From: Cyanophora paradoxa CCMP329
Taxonomy: Eukaryota; Plantae; Glaucophyta
Reading direction: 5' to 3'
Assembly: GCA_004431415.1 (NCBI GenBank)
Contig: QPMI01000495.1
Location: forward strand, 1 to 64,000
DNA length: 64,000 bases
The notes below the pieces were generated by a model. That model saw only the letters and a list, made by a program, of their open reading frames with translations. It was not told where the DNA came from and ran no database searches. Of the stretch, positions 11,607 to 23,600 are shown one piece after another (position 1 is the stretch's first letter; the number at the start of each line of letters is the position of its first letter). The position numbers and the translations under genes were made by a program.

Positions 11607-14600
11607 GAGAACGTGCAAGACACGTACCGCCTTCCAGCCGCAAGCGCGGACCGCGAATGTGCGCGGAGACGGCGCGCCCGCCCGCGGAGGCTCGCGTCGT
11701 GCGTCCTCCCGATCTTCATTCTGCTTCTGATCGCCTGTTGCGTGGTGCGAATGGCGCCGGCCCCCCGGGCGCGCGCGCGCGCGCTTGCCCGCCCGATCGA
11801 TCGCGATCGGCCGCGGGGCCCGGGCCTGCCGCCGTGCGGGCCGGCCGACTTTCGCGCCAGATCATTTCGGTCCTGGCGTCGACGTACGCGTCGCGGCTGG
11901 GCTCGAAGCTTGGTGATCAGTATTTGGAGGTGCAAAATCGCACATCGCCGCATCGCCGCGCGCGCTCCCTCCTGGAGCTTCGCTTCGCCCTGACGAGATC
12001 ATTTCGCGGGCAGCAAGTCGTGCACGACATCGACCAGCGATGGACGCTCTCTCGAGGCTTGGCGGAGAGAGCCTCGATCCGAGCACGCGCCCGAATTCTG
12101 CAGCAGCTCGGGAACAAAAAGCCAACATCTGACGACTTTCCGCTGCTATAGCTAGCGGATATTGGTTTGGATCTGCTTTCCGAGGCCGGCGGCCACGACC
12201 TTCAAACTTTCTCGGCGCGCAATACCCTTCCTCGCGCCGGGCCGGGCACTGCAGCTGGCGAAGGCCGCGGTCTAACTGTGATCAAATCTTTGCAGATCGT
12301 TCTTCCAAACCAGGAAACGTTGATTGTCAGAAGGGAGCCCGAATCGTTTCTGGAAGCATTTCCTGACGCGCTGTATCCTGCTTCGCTCGTTCAGTACCGC
12401 ATCAACGACCGGGCTTCTAGGGCTTTCGGTCGCATCATTGTAAGGATATTTAGTTATATTTTACTTTAGTTTCACTGTCGAAATCTTAAGCTTCGTTCTA
12501 ATATCGATGTTCACTCCAGCTGAATCAGAGCCTTTCCTACCTGAACAAAAGTAACGGGCAGTGGATTGTCGCCAAAGAGATCAGATACTCAATTGTGGAT
12601 AACAGGTACGGTGTGCATGCGCAATCAATTCGACAGTCCCAAGCGTTCCGGGGTATTACTAGGTCTTCGACTCGCCCCCGCCCCCGCTCGTCTCAGGAGG
12701 TGCAAGGTGGGGTCTAAAGTAGGGACGCTGACAGAATACAACAACTAAGTATCTTCAACGGTAGTAATCATTTGAATGCTCAGCGACTATCTATACAACT
12801 AAGTATAATGCTAGCTATAGGCGTAGGCGGCTAGGCCTGGGCCTGCGCGCGGCCGCCCACCGTGCCTCCGCCCCGCCCGGCGGACCGCACCGCCGCCCGC
12901 ACCTCCGCCCCGCGCGCCAGTGCCCGGAGAGCTGCGCCGACGCCCCGCTCGCCGCGCGCGCCTTCGCCCCGCGCGGCCCCCGCGCCCCGAGCCGCGCCGC
13001 CGCCCACCGCGCCCCCGTCCCGCCTGCCGAGCCGCGCCGCCGCCTGCCGCGCAGCTGAGCTGCCGAGCGCGCGTCGCGCCTCCGATGCTCCGTCCGCTTG
13101 GCGAGCCGCATGGCGCCGGCCTCGCGTCGCGCAGCCGGCCGCTGCGCACTCCCGCTCGCCGCGCCTGGGCCGGGTTAGCCGAGCATGCGCAGCGGAGGGC
13201 GACATGTCCAGCTAGGGCCGCGCGGGCCAGGCGCGGGACCGTCGGACACGGGAGCTCGAGGGCGGTGGCGCGCGCGGCTCGCGCGCCGGCAGAGCGGAGC
13301 GCGCGCGCGCGGCGCGACGCGGCGCGCGCGACTCGGCGTCGAGTCGGCGATTATGCTTAGCTGCACTCTGCAAGCAGTGCATGCTGCCGCAGTGCAGTGC
13401 AGCTGCAGGCTGGCACATCGCGGTTGCGTGGGCGGCAACTACCGTAGTAGTACGCCGGCAAGTGCAAGTCGTCGGCGCCGCAGCGGCGGCGACAAGGAGC
13501 CTTGCGCGGGATACAGCAAAAAGAGACGTCCGGCGGCGCCGGCCTTATCCACAGCGGGGTACCACAAAAAGACTTATCGCCGACGGAAAGAAGACCGACT
13601 TGCGAACTGGCCGACTTGGACAGCGTGACAGACAATCCGACGGGTAGCAAGGGGGGTTTGAGCAGCTGCACAGCGGTTCAAGAACCGGGAAGAAATTCCA
13701 GTGGAAAACCTCCGCAAGTACCGTGAAAAAACTCGAAGGGACCTCGAAAGTACAAAGCGGGGTAGAGGCAGCTAAGGTACCGAGTTACTTCCGGCACCGA
13801 AACCAGGATCGGCCACCAAAACAGCGTCGGCCCGAAGTCTCGTCCGAGGCCGTAGCTAGGCGCTCCCGCTGCAGCAATGGAGTCATATCGATCAATACAG
13901 GTGTCGCTGATGCCAAGCGCGCGCCCCCGAAGCGATTCAGGTGCAGTCCGAGCGAACTGCGTCGTCCCACTCGTTTGACGCACTCCAAACAGCAGCCAGG
14001 TCGCCGGAGAGTACAGGCAGTCCGAATGTGGGCTAATGGCTGTCGAGCAGCGCAGGCAGGTGCTGTTTTTCAAAGTTGCCGCTAACGGTCACATTGCACT
14101 GAGCCAATTCCGGCCGCAGGCAAGCGCTCCTACTGGCTGAAACGCATCTAATGACACTGTACAGCAGGCCAGAGTGCTGCGCCGCTGCCGCCGCTGCCGA
14201 TTAGGTGTGGTGCTGTCGCCGCCGCCGCCGCCCCACTGTTTTAACGAAGCGCAGATCATGCAGACCAGCTGACATGCAAGCCGTGTCGTCGGTAGAAGCA
14301 GATTCTGTCTTCTTGGCCGCCCGCCTTCATGGTCCGCCGCCCGCTTGCATGCTCTTGACCGTCCGACTGACGCATGGCCTGCACCGATTGCAGCGCGCAC
14401 GGCTGGCGGCGGCTATAGCAGAGCTTTCTGAGCGGTGCAGCAATGCCGCGGTCCGTTCGGTTTCCTTTTTCCGGTTGTCCGCTCTGTCTCCGCCTGCTGA
14501 CTATGATCGTACGCAGCCAGACGGTGCTGTGCCAGTGCTGTTCTGATGATTTAGAAGCGGTTGTGCTGTTTCGGCGGAGCTGCTGCATCGACGAGCAGCC

Positions 14601-17600
14601 CGGCCGCCTCGATCCGCCGGCCGGCCGGCCGGCGCTTCCTCGAACCCTGCCGCTTCTAGCTGAGCTGCTTGCCTTGCTTAGCTGCTTGAGAGCGTGGCTT
14701 TCAGTATCACTGGAGTGCAACTACCGCAGCCAGGCCGCTCTAGATCTGCTGCCATTTGGCAGGTCGCGTCCTGCCTCAAAACACAGCTTTCTTTCTGTGT
14801 GGGCGCTGTTCGGCCTAGCGTAGGATTCTGTGATCTGTTCGTGTTTTAGCGACGAACACACTCTCACATCCAGTCTCAGCTCGCAGCTTGGGGCTTGGTT
14901 TGTTCTTTTGGCATCATGATCAGGGCTCTTGCATCCTGGCACGCGTACGTGTACTGCAGCAGGTCTGAGCACGCGTATGAGCATTTTATAGCTTGCCCGA
15001 GCCTTGGGGCACGCGGCGCCGCGCCCAGCAAGCCGAGGAAGCTGGTCCGCGGGGCCGGCACCCCGTCCACTGCGCACGCCGTCATTCAATGCCTGGTCCG
15101 TTGCGAGCCCTCCGAGGGCTTGCATTGAAGAGAGAACTCACTTTGACAGCGCGCGAATGCTCCGGGGATGAGCTCCGCGATGTTCCCTTGAAGCGCGACG
15201 CGCTGATCCAGTGACTCAGTGACATGAGGTGCGGGGTAAGCGAGTTCGGGACGTGGAAGCTGCAGGCGAGCTGTATATGGCCTTATTTAATGATATCATG
15301 CTTAGTTATAGCTGCCGCCACTGGGCCACACTTGCCAAGTTGCCAACTTCTTGACCTTCTTCCATTCCGGAATGACGGGTCAGTTTCTAGCAAGTCAGCC
15401 AGGCTGTTTTGAAATATTTTGAAGCGGTTTTTTGGCAAGTCTTCGGAGGCGGCGCGCGCGCTTCCGCCGGGTGCTTCTATGCAATATAGGGCGTAACTGA
15501 TGTATTTTGGAGCTTTATAGGTCGCTGGGGCCGCGCGCGACCCTCGGCCTCCTGGCATTGGCACTGTCACGCCTGGGAGCCAGAACGGTTTTCAGAGCCA
15601 AACAAGGAAATGCGGTGCGTGCGCTTCAAAATACATCGTAATTGCACTATACTATGATAATAAAACTGTAAAAGCCCTAAAAGTGCCTGTCGCCGCGCCC
15701 GGCCGCGCCTCCGCCGCGCCGCTCCGCGCCGCACCGCGCCGCCCCACACCGCCGGGCGGCCGCCAGCGCCGCCCCACGCCGCCGGGCGGCCGCCCCGAGC
15801 CGCCCGCGCGGCCCGCGCAGTTCCGCGCCGCCCAGCGCCGCCGGGCGTAGCTCCGCGCCGCCCCACGCCGCCGGGCGGCCGCCAGCGCCGCCCCACGCCG
15901 CCGGGCGGCCGCCCTGCGCCGCCCCGCGCCGCCCCGCGCAGCTCCGCGCCGCCCCGCGCCGCCCCACGCCGCCGGGCGGCCGCCAGCGCCGCCCCACGCC
16001 GCCGGCGGCCGCCCCGCGCCGCCCCGCGCCGCCGCGCCGCCCCACGCCGCCGGGCGGCCGCCCCGCCCGCCCGGGCCGCCCCGCGCAGCTCCGCGCCGCC
16101 CCACGCCGCCGGGCGGCCGCCCCGCGCCGCCCCGCGCAGCTCCGCGCCGCCCCACGCCGCCGGGCGGCCGCCCCGCCCGCCCCCGGCCGAGCCGCGCCGC
16201 CTGGGCGGCCGCCCGCGCCGCCCCGCGCCGCCCCGCGCCGCTCCGCGCAGCTCCGCGCCGCCCCACGCCGCCGGGCGGCCGCCAGCGCCGCCCACGCCGC
16301 CGGGCGGCCGCCCCGCGCCGCCCCGCGCAGCTCCGCGCCGCCCACGCTGCCGGGCGGCCGCCAGCGCCGCCCCACGCCGCCGGGCGGCCGCCCCGCGCCG
16401 CCCCACGCCGCCGGGCGGCCGCCCGCGCCGCCCCGCGCCGCCCCGCGCCGCCCCGCGCCTGCGCTGCCAAGGTGGCATCAGAGGTGGCATATACGACGCG
16501 GCGGGACAGGGCGAGGCGAGGCATCACGCCTCCAGCCCCCTGCAGTGCAAAGGACATCCAGGTTGTGCCATCTAGATCAGCGCGTGGAAAGCAAGCGATC
16601 GCGCCTCACTCGTGCCGGCGACCGGAAGACGCGCCGCGCCGTGCCTCTTCTATCCGCCGGAAGTGTTCTTGTATGTCCTCTTGCATGACTGGTCATCCTA
16701 TGGACAGCTGCTGCGGCGCGGGGGTTAGCGCGATGCGGGCGCGCGGCGGTGAGCATGAGGCGGGGCATGCGGCATCTGCGAACGAGCGAACTGACTTGTC
16801 GTTAAACGTTGATCACGTCCAGCCGCTGTGAACGAGACGAACGAGGGCGAGTGCGCCCCGGTTCCGCGCGCTTCGCGCTCTTCTGCCAGGCTGGCGCGTT
16901 GCTCCGCTTGCTGCTAAAAGTACTAGTACTAGTCTGCTGCTGCGACCGTCGGACATGCCGCAGTGCAGCCGCATGCGCATACGGCTGGCCAGCCGGCCTT
17001 CAGCTCTTCCGTCCGCCGCGCGCGCGGCCTTAAGCTTGTTGGCCTCCGCGCGCCAAGTCCAGTTTTTTTCGGGTTCGCGATCGCGTGGCGATCGAATGGC
17101 GATCAGCATACCGGGAAAAAAAGAAAATTTTTATCCCGACAATCGATGATTCCATCCCGACAACCCCACGGAGTTTGACACGCTGATCACAATGATTCTA
17201 ACCGCACGTCCTGCAAAAATCGCTGTGGTGCTATATAAATCGCCGAAGGATTCCTGCCTTCGCAGCGGCGATTTATTCCCGGGGTCCAACTTGGGGGTTA
17301 GACTTGGGATACGTAATTTGTTTTTGCATTTTTTTCGACTCGGCGTTGACGTCAATTTGACGGTTCGACGGTTTTTGGCTCCTAGACTCGGCTCTTTCTG
17401 CAGCTGGTAAGTGCGCGCGGGTGGAAATTCTTCACGGTTCTTGAACCGCTGTGCTGACCCCCCCTTGCAAATATTTCTTCTGGGCTTTTTTTTTTTGAGA
17501 GACTACGGTGGGGCGAACCCCCCGTAGGTAGTGATATTAAAGACAACAAAGCAATCACAAATCAAAGATACAGTAAACTAGCACAAAATATATACAGAAT

Positions 17601-20600
17601 CAAGAGGGATCACGAGAAAGGACACGATCAGAAGAACGCAAAAGATAAGGAGAACGAGCACGAGGAGAAGGAGTAGAAGAGCTCAAGGGCGTCGATGCAG
17701 AAGTACTAGTCACACTAGAACGACGAGGAGCACGGGGACGCAGCAAATAAGGAGAACGAGCACGAGGAACTACAGTCGAAGACGAAGATCTAGACGAAGA
17801 CGACAAGACAGAGCTAACAGCAGAACTAGAAGACGTAGTCGCAGGAGGCAAAGGCGGTAGAACAGTAGGAGAGGCGAAACGTAGGACACCACTAGAGGGG
17901 AAAGTCGAAGCTGGCGGAGTGTCTAAACGGAATCGAGATTGTAGAGTTGGTAAAACAATGGACGGCTGAAGACTAATCTGAGGAACTGGGACGACACGAG
18001 GAAAGGGGCAGAGCTCGGGTGCAGACTCGGAATCGGCAGTATAAGAGGAGGGGCGAAACGCAAGCCAGTAGTGACAGGGAAGGCAGACGATGGGGCTGAA
18101 CCAGGCGGGAGAGGCAAATATAGCGAAGTAGAAGAGAGAGAAGGGTACACACGAGGAAACGTGTATTTCAGGAAATTAAAAAAGTAATATATCGCCTGTC
18201 TGAAACTCAGTCTCTAGATCTGCCGGTGCACGCTTGCGCAATATATAATAATGCATATTTGGTTCAGGATTGTTACGTTTCGCGATAATTGACCGTACGC
18301 GTTGCGCATGCGCAGTTCTGGAGCCCCACCTTTCCAGTCCGCAATTGATGATTCGCTGAGCGCGTATATTGAACCGCGTTGGTGCGAATATTCATGCTCG
18401 TGAAATTCGCAGCTCGGCTCCAGCTTCGGGCCCTCGATGCACTTCACGCGGGTCACTCCACTCTACGGGAACGCGCGCCTCACTGCGGCCCTGGACGGGA
18501 TCCCCGGAGCGGCCTCCGACAGCTTGCCCCCGGAGGCGATTCCTCAGGCCACCACCGCTCCTCCTTTCTCTGATTTTCTTGGAACGGCATGCAACGCTCC
18601 CTCGACTAGATTGCAACTTTTGAAGACACTCGATCGCAATTCGGGCTCAATTGCAGAATTCGCAGATCGGGATCGGAATCCGCGGCGTCAATGAATACGT
18701 GGACACGCTCTCCGTTGCAGGCAACGGTAAGAGGCCGCTGCATTAATATTTGCGCGAAGAATTCCAGCATTTATGCACATGCAGGATTCGCGGTGTTGGT
18801 CGCGAACGACGCCACGGGGATTTCCCGGCCCGTCTCTGCAAACGTGATTTCAGCGTTAACAATTCCCGGAGCGCATTCGAAATTGCGCACTGAAGCCGAC
18901 TCTTTAGCCCTGGGAGGTGCTGCGGGTCGTGCCGTGGACGTCCGCCACCGGCGAGAACGTCCAGTTCGTCCCGAACAGCGAGATCCGCAACCCGAGGCTC
19001 CGGGCGCGTCCCTTTAATTTGCTTGAAGATGACTTCGCCTTCAGCTCTCGATCTGCCGTGGCTCGCAGTTCGTGATTGAAACTGTGAGCAGGTCTTTATA
19101 TATGGAGACCGTCCCGCAGGACCTCTCTGAATTCCCGAAGCTCACCCAAAAGCTGTCTCCGACGATCAACACCGCCCCCGCGCCGACGGGGCTGCCCTCC
19201 CCCGCCACCCCTGTCAACTACACTCAGGTCTGACTGCAAGTTCAGTTTTGCGGAGCAGTCAGTTTAATTGAATTTCCGTAATCGCAAATCCCACGCTGTT
19301 TGCCTTCGCTTGCAGGGGTTCAATTTCATGGTGGGAGGCGAGGAGTACGTGAGCCGCATCCGGAAGCTGGCGGGCCTGCCGACCGAGCGCGCCAACGAGA
19401 CCCTGCACCTCGTCGTCGGCCTCGCGGCCCCGCAAACAGTACCCGCGCTTTATTTTCGGTCGTCGAATTTCGCGCGGAAATTCGTCCTCGCGTTGAGCGC
19501 ATGCGCTCGTGCGCGCGCGCGGTAGGTCTTCTCGAGGAAGTCACGGCACTGCGCCTTTCTTCTATCATCGTTTCCTGCGTCTGCGGGGGGCTAGCGCTGC
19601 TGCTCGGCCTTGCCGTAATTTTCGAGGTTGTATTTATATGCATTGCTTCAATTTTCGCATGCGCGCCGACTTTAATACACGCGCGCATGCGCTAACTCTG
19701 ATTCTTCAGGTTCTGCGATCGATGAGAAATTTTCGAAAGGAGCTGGACAAAATGGCGTTCTTCAGCCTCGAACCGAACGGAGGCGCCCGAGGCCGCCGGC
19801 GCAGGCGGGGAGGGGACCGGGGCCGGGGCCCGGGCTCGCCCTGGCTCGCGGCCGACTGGCCGTGGGGCGGGGCCCGCGGCCGCTTCCGGTCGGCCCTCTC
19901 GGAGCTGGACGAGGTGGGCGCGGCGCTGGCAAAGGCGCGGCAGGCCGTCTCGGTGCTGGAGCGCGTCGCCGACGCCCTCGTCGTTACCGACCGCGACGGT
20001 GATCATGAGCCTAGGCATCACGCCCCGCCGCGGGCGCTAGCGATCGATCGCGAGCGCGTACTATTAATCGCGTACTAGGTTTTGCGCATTCATATTTCTG
20101 TTTACTTACGCGCGGCCAGGCTCTGTGCTGCACATGAACCGCGCCGCTTCGGCCCTCTTCTTCCCCGCGCTGGCCCGAGCTCGAGCGGGTTCGATTCGAA
20201 CGGCCCCGAGCAGCATTAATATTAGGCCGCCACCTCTGAGAATTCGAACGACGAAGCTATCGCAGACCCCGAGGTGGGATGGACGAGGGCGGGCTTCGAG
20301 CTCGGCGCTCCGCTCAGCGTCTTCTCCTTCGTCGCCCCGCAGGAGCACCCGCGCTTCAGCGCGTTTCTCGCGGCCGGAGCCACAGCTGCCGGGGCAGCCG
20401 TCGCCGAGTTTTGGGCGCTCTCCAGGCATCAGGCGCGCCCTTTAACATATTGTTTCCTCTCTTTCCTTCTCCGGTCAGTGAGCTGGGCGCAATGAGCAGG
20501 GCCCTCAATCGAGCTTGGATCTGGTCCTTCCGCTTCCGGTGGAGGCGTCCTCTGGCCTGATGAACTACGAGGACAGGACGCTTCAGGTGCTGACATTTTT

Positions 20601-23600
20601 CGCTTCTTCGGGATCGCTGAAACTTGCGCTTAATTGTCGACCACTGAATATAAATTAATTAATATTGATCGCTCGTGCACGCAGATCCTCGTTTTTCGCG
20701 ACAGTGCGGCTGAATTTTTAAATTTCGAAACTCACCCAATTAAAGACTCGGCATATCTCTGAATTTGAGATCGTCGCAGTCACGCAGCGGAAGGCTATGA
20801 GCGACGCGCTCTTTGTGAGTGAACGGAAGTTTCGGGTGCAGAGCCAGGACCTGCAGCGGCTGGTGGACACCGGTGCGGTTGCAGATCGAACATTAATTAT
20901 ACAAAGGCGCGATGGACGCTGAAGTGCGCGTGCGCAGCGAACGCGCCGATCTTCTGCGTCGACACCCAGCTCCGAGTGACCGACTGGAACAGGTGCCGCT
21001 TGAGCTTGAAGCGCCGCATCCGTGGCTTATGCGACTCGCTTCGTTTCCTGAATGTTGCTGCCAGAGCGGCGGCGCGGGTGACGGGCCTCGAGCCGAACGC
21101 CGTCCTGGGCGAGAGCGTTCTGGGGCTGGTCGCCGAACGAGACCGGAACAGCGCGAAACGCGTCCTGGAGCAGGTCTAATTGTTTCCGAGCGCAGCATAA
21201 TTATAATTGACGAAATTCGCAGGCCCTCGCCGCGAGCTCGGGATCGGGGCCCGGAGGCGACGAGGAGCTCGAGGGCGCCGGCGGGCCCGTGGAGCTCGCG
21301 TTCCTGCGGCCCGAGCGCCGCGCCTCGTGCACCCGGAGCCCCGTGCAGGGCCCGGGCGGCCCAGGCGTAGGCCTGGGGCCCCCCGCGCGGGCCGCGGAGG
21401 CGAGCGTGCTGCTGGGGGCCGTCGCGCGGCGGGACGCGGCCGGCGCCGTTAACGTTGTCGGCGCCGTGGCCGTCGGGCAGGACCTGACGGAGAAGCGCGC
21501 CCGCATCGAAATGGAGGCCGTCAGCGAGGCGCGCGAAATTTCTTTGCAGAGCGGATCTGATCTATTTGAGAGCACTTTTCGCAGACGAAGAACCGCTTCC
21601 TGGCGTACACGGTCCATGAGCTTCGGACCCCCTCAACGGTGAGACGCTTCATATCCGTTCAGATCCTTGAACCATTTTCGCATTTGGGATGAGATCGCGC
21701 AGGCGTCCTCGGGATGGGCGAACTGCTGTCGGACACGGACCTCACGGAGCACCAGCTCGAGATCGTGCACATGATGCGCGTCTCCGCCGATCAGGTGCCG
21801 TCTGCTCTTCGCGATACGAGTTCAACAGCGCTGTGCTGGTCGATGCAACTTGTGCTTAATTTGCACTCACATTCGGATTCAGATGCTGGTCATTGTGAAC
21901 GAGTAAGTTTTAATTCGATTGGTTGCCCCTGAGCGCCCTGTTCCGATCTCATTTCGCAGCTTACTCGACGTCCGCTCCCCCGGCCTGGGGTTTCGCGCAA
22001 GGGGGGCGCAATATTAATTTTGTTGGCTTATTCGCAATCTTTCGCAGCTACACAAGATTGAAGCGGGACATATGACCCTTGAATCTGTGCCCTTCGATTT
22101 GCGACAGGTCATCGAGGAAACGGTAGAGGTCTGTAACTAAGAATTCGCATATGCATGCGCATGCATGCGCAGGGGCAGTGTGTCCAGTTAGGGTATTTAA
22201 ATTATAAGTAATGTGTATCGTGAACGTTGCTGCAGGGAGTTGCCCCGGCGGCATTTGCGAAAGGCATCGAGGTCAGTCGACGTCGCGAAATCACTCGCAA
22301 TATATATACTTCGGTCAATTGCAACTTGCAATTTCCGATTGCGGTTGCGCGCGCAGGTCGCGTCTTTCGTGCCCTTCGAGTTCGACGGCGCCCCGTGCCC
22401 CTCCTTCGTTCTGGGCGACCCTGTCCGAGTCAAGCAGGTGCCTCCGCTGATTCGAAAATTCGGTGGAGGGCCGGGGCCAGAACCGCCCGCCAGATCGTGA
22501 TGAACTTCGCGTACAACGGGATCAAGTTCACGAGCCGGGGCCACGTCCTCGTCTCCGTCGTCCCCCTCGAGCGCCTCGCCTCCGGCATCACCCTCCGCAT
22601 CGAGGTCCGCAGATACTCGATCGCCTTCAACACGCGGCGATCTTGATTGTTTTAATCTTGGGCCTGCAGACGACTGATACCGGCCTGGGAATGGACGAGT
22701 GCGACGTTTTAATTTTCAAAGATTATTTCGCGCATCGCATTTCTTCGCGCACGCGGTAACGCCATGGCGCTGAATTTTTGCAGGAAGGGCGTCGAAAGAA
22801 TTTTCCACGAGTGCATTCCTCGCCAAATATTAATTGATTACTTAGCGCTTCGTCTGCTCTTTTGCCTGATAGGGAGTTTCGAAGCTACGTTCAGGCCGAC
22901 CAGTCAATCACGAGGTCCGTTCGCAAAAAGCGATATTCGCAGATTGCATGGAGATTGATATCATGACTTGAAATTCGATTCCATGTTGACATTCTGCCAG
23001 GCTCTACGGAGGCACGGGGATGGGTCAGCTCCAGATGAGATCGCGCCTCGAGCTAGCGCTCTGGCCGCGAACAACTCCGAAGTTCCGAGACTGATCATGA
23101 GGTTGGGGCTGGGCGGCAGGGCTGGCGGTATCGAAGAAGCTGGCGGAGATGATGGGCGGGTCGATCGGGGTCCGCTCCTCGCCCGGCGTCGGCAGCGTCT
23201 TCTTCGTCGAGCTCTGCTTCCCCGTCGCCCCCGCCGGCTCCCACCCCGCCCCGCTCCGCGTCGCGGCGGCACCGGGCCCGGGCCCGGGCTCGCGGCCGCC
23301 CTCGCCCTCGCCGGCGCCCTCCGAGCTGGCTCCGGAGCGCGAGGAGGGGGCGGAGGAGGCGCCGGCGCGGCTGGAGGCGCCGTTGCTCGCGGAGCTGAGC
23401 GGGGTGCCCTCCGGATCCGCGCTCGATCGCGAGTTCCCGCCGCTCGTCGTCTACCACCCGGACCCCGTGATCGCCTCCATCATCCTCCAGTGCGGCCCCG
23501 GCCCGCGCATTTAATTTGCATTTTGTAATGCATTGCGAAATCGGCGGCAGGTACGCGGTCGCGGTCGGCTGGCCGGCCGCGTCGGCGCGGCTCGCGGCCG

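Larger units (their letters stand above)
13526..22898. repeat. Tandem segmental duplication, copy 2
   Basis: Near-identical to 1-9359; the same ORFs recur with an offset of ~13.53 kb. Confidence 0.97.

Noticed and set aside
13350-15600. Possible protein-coding gene inside the large element
   Set aside because: Short ORFs with frequent stops, no recognisable motif and no consistent splice pattern.
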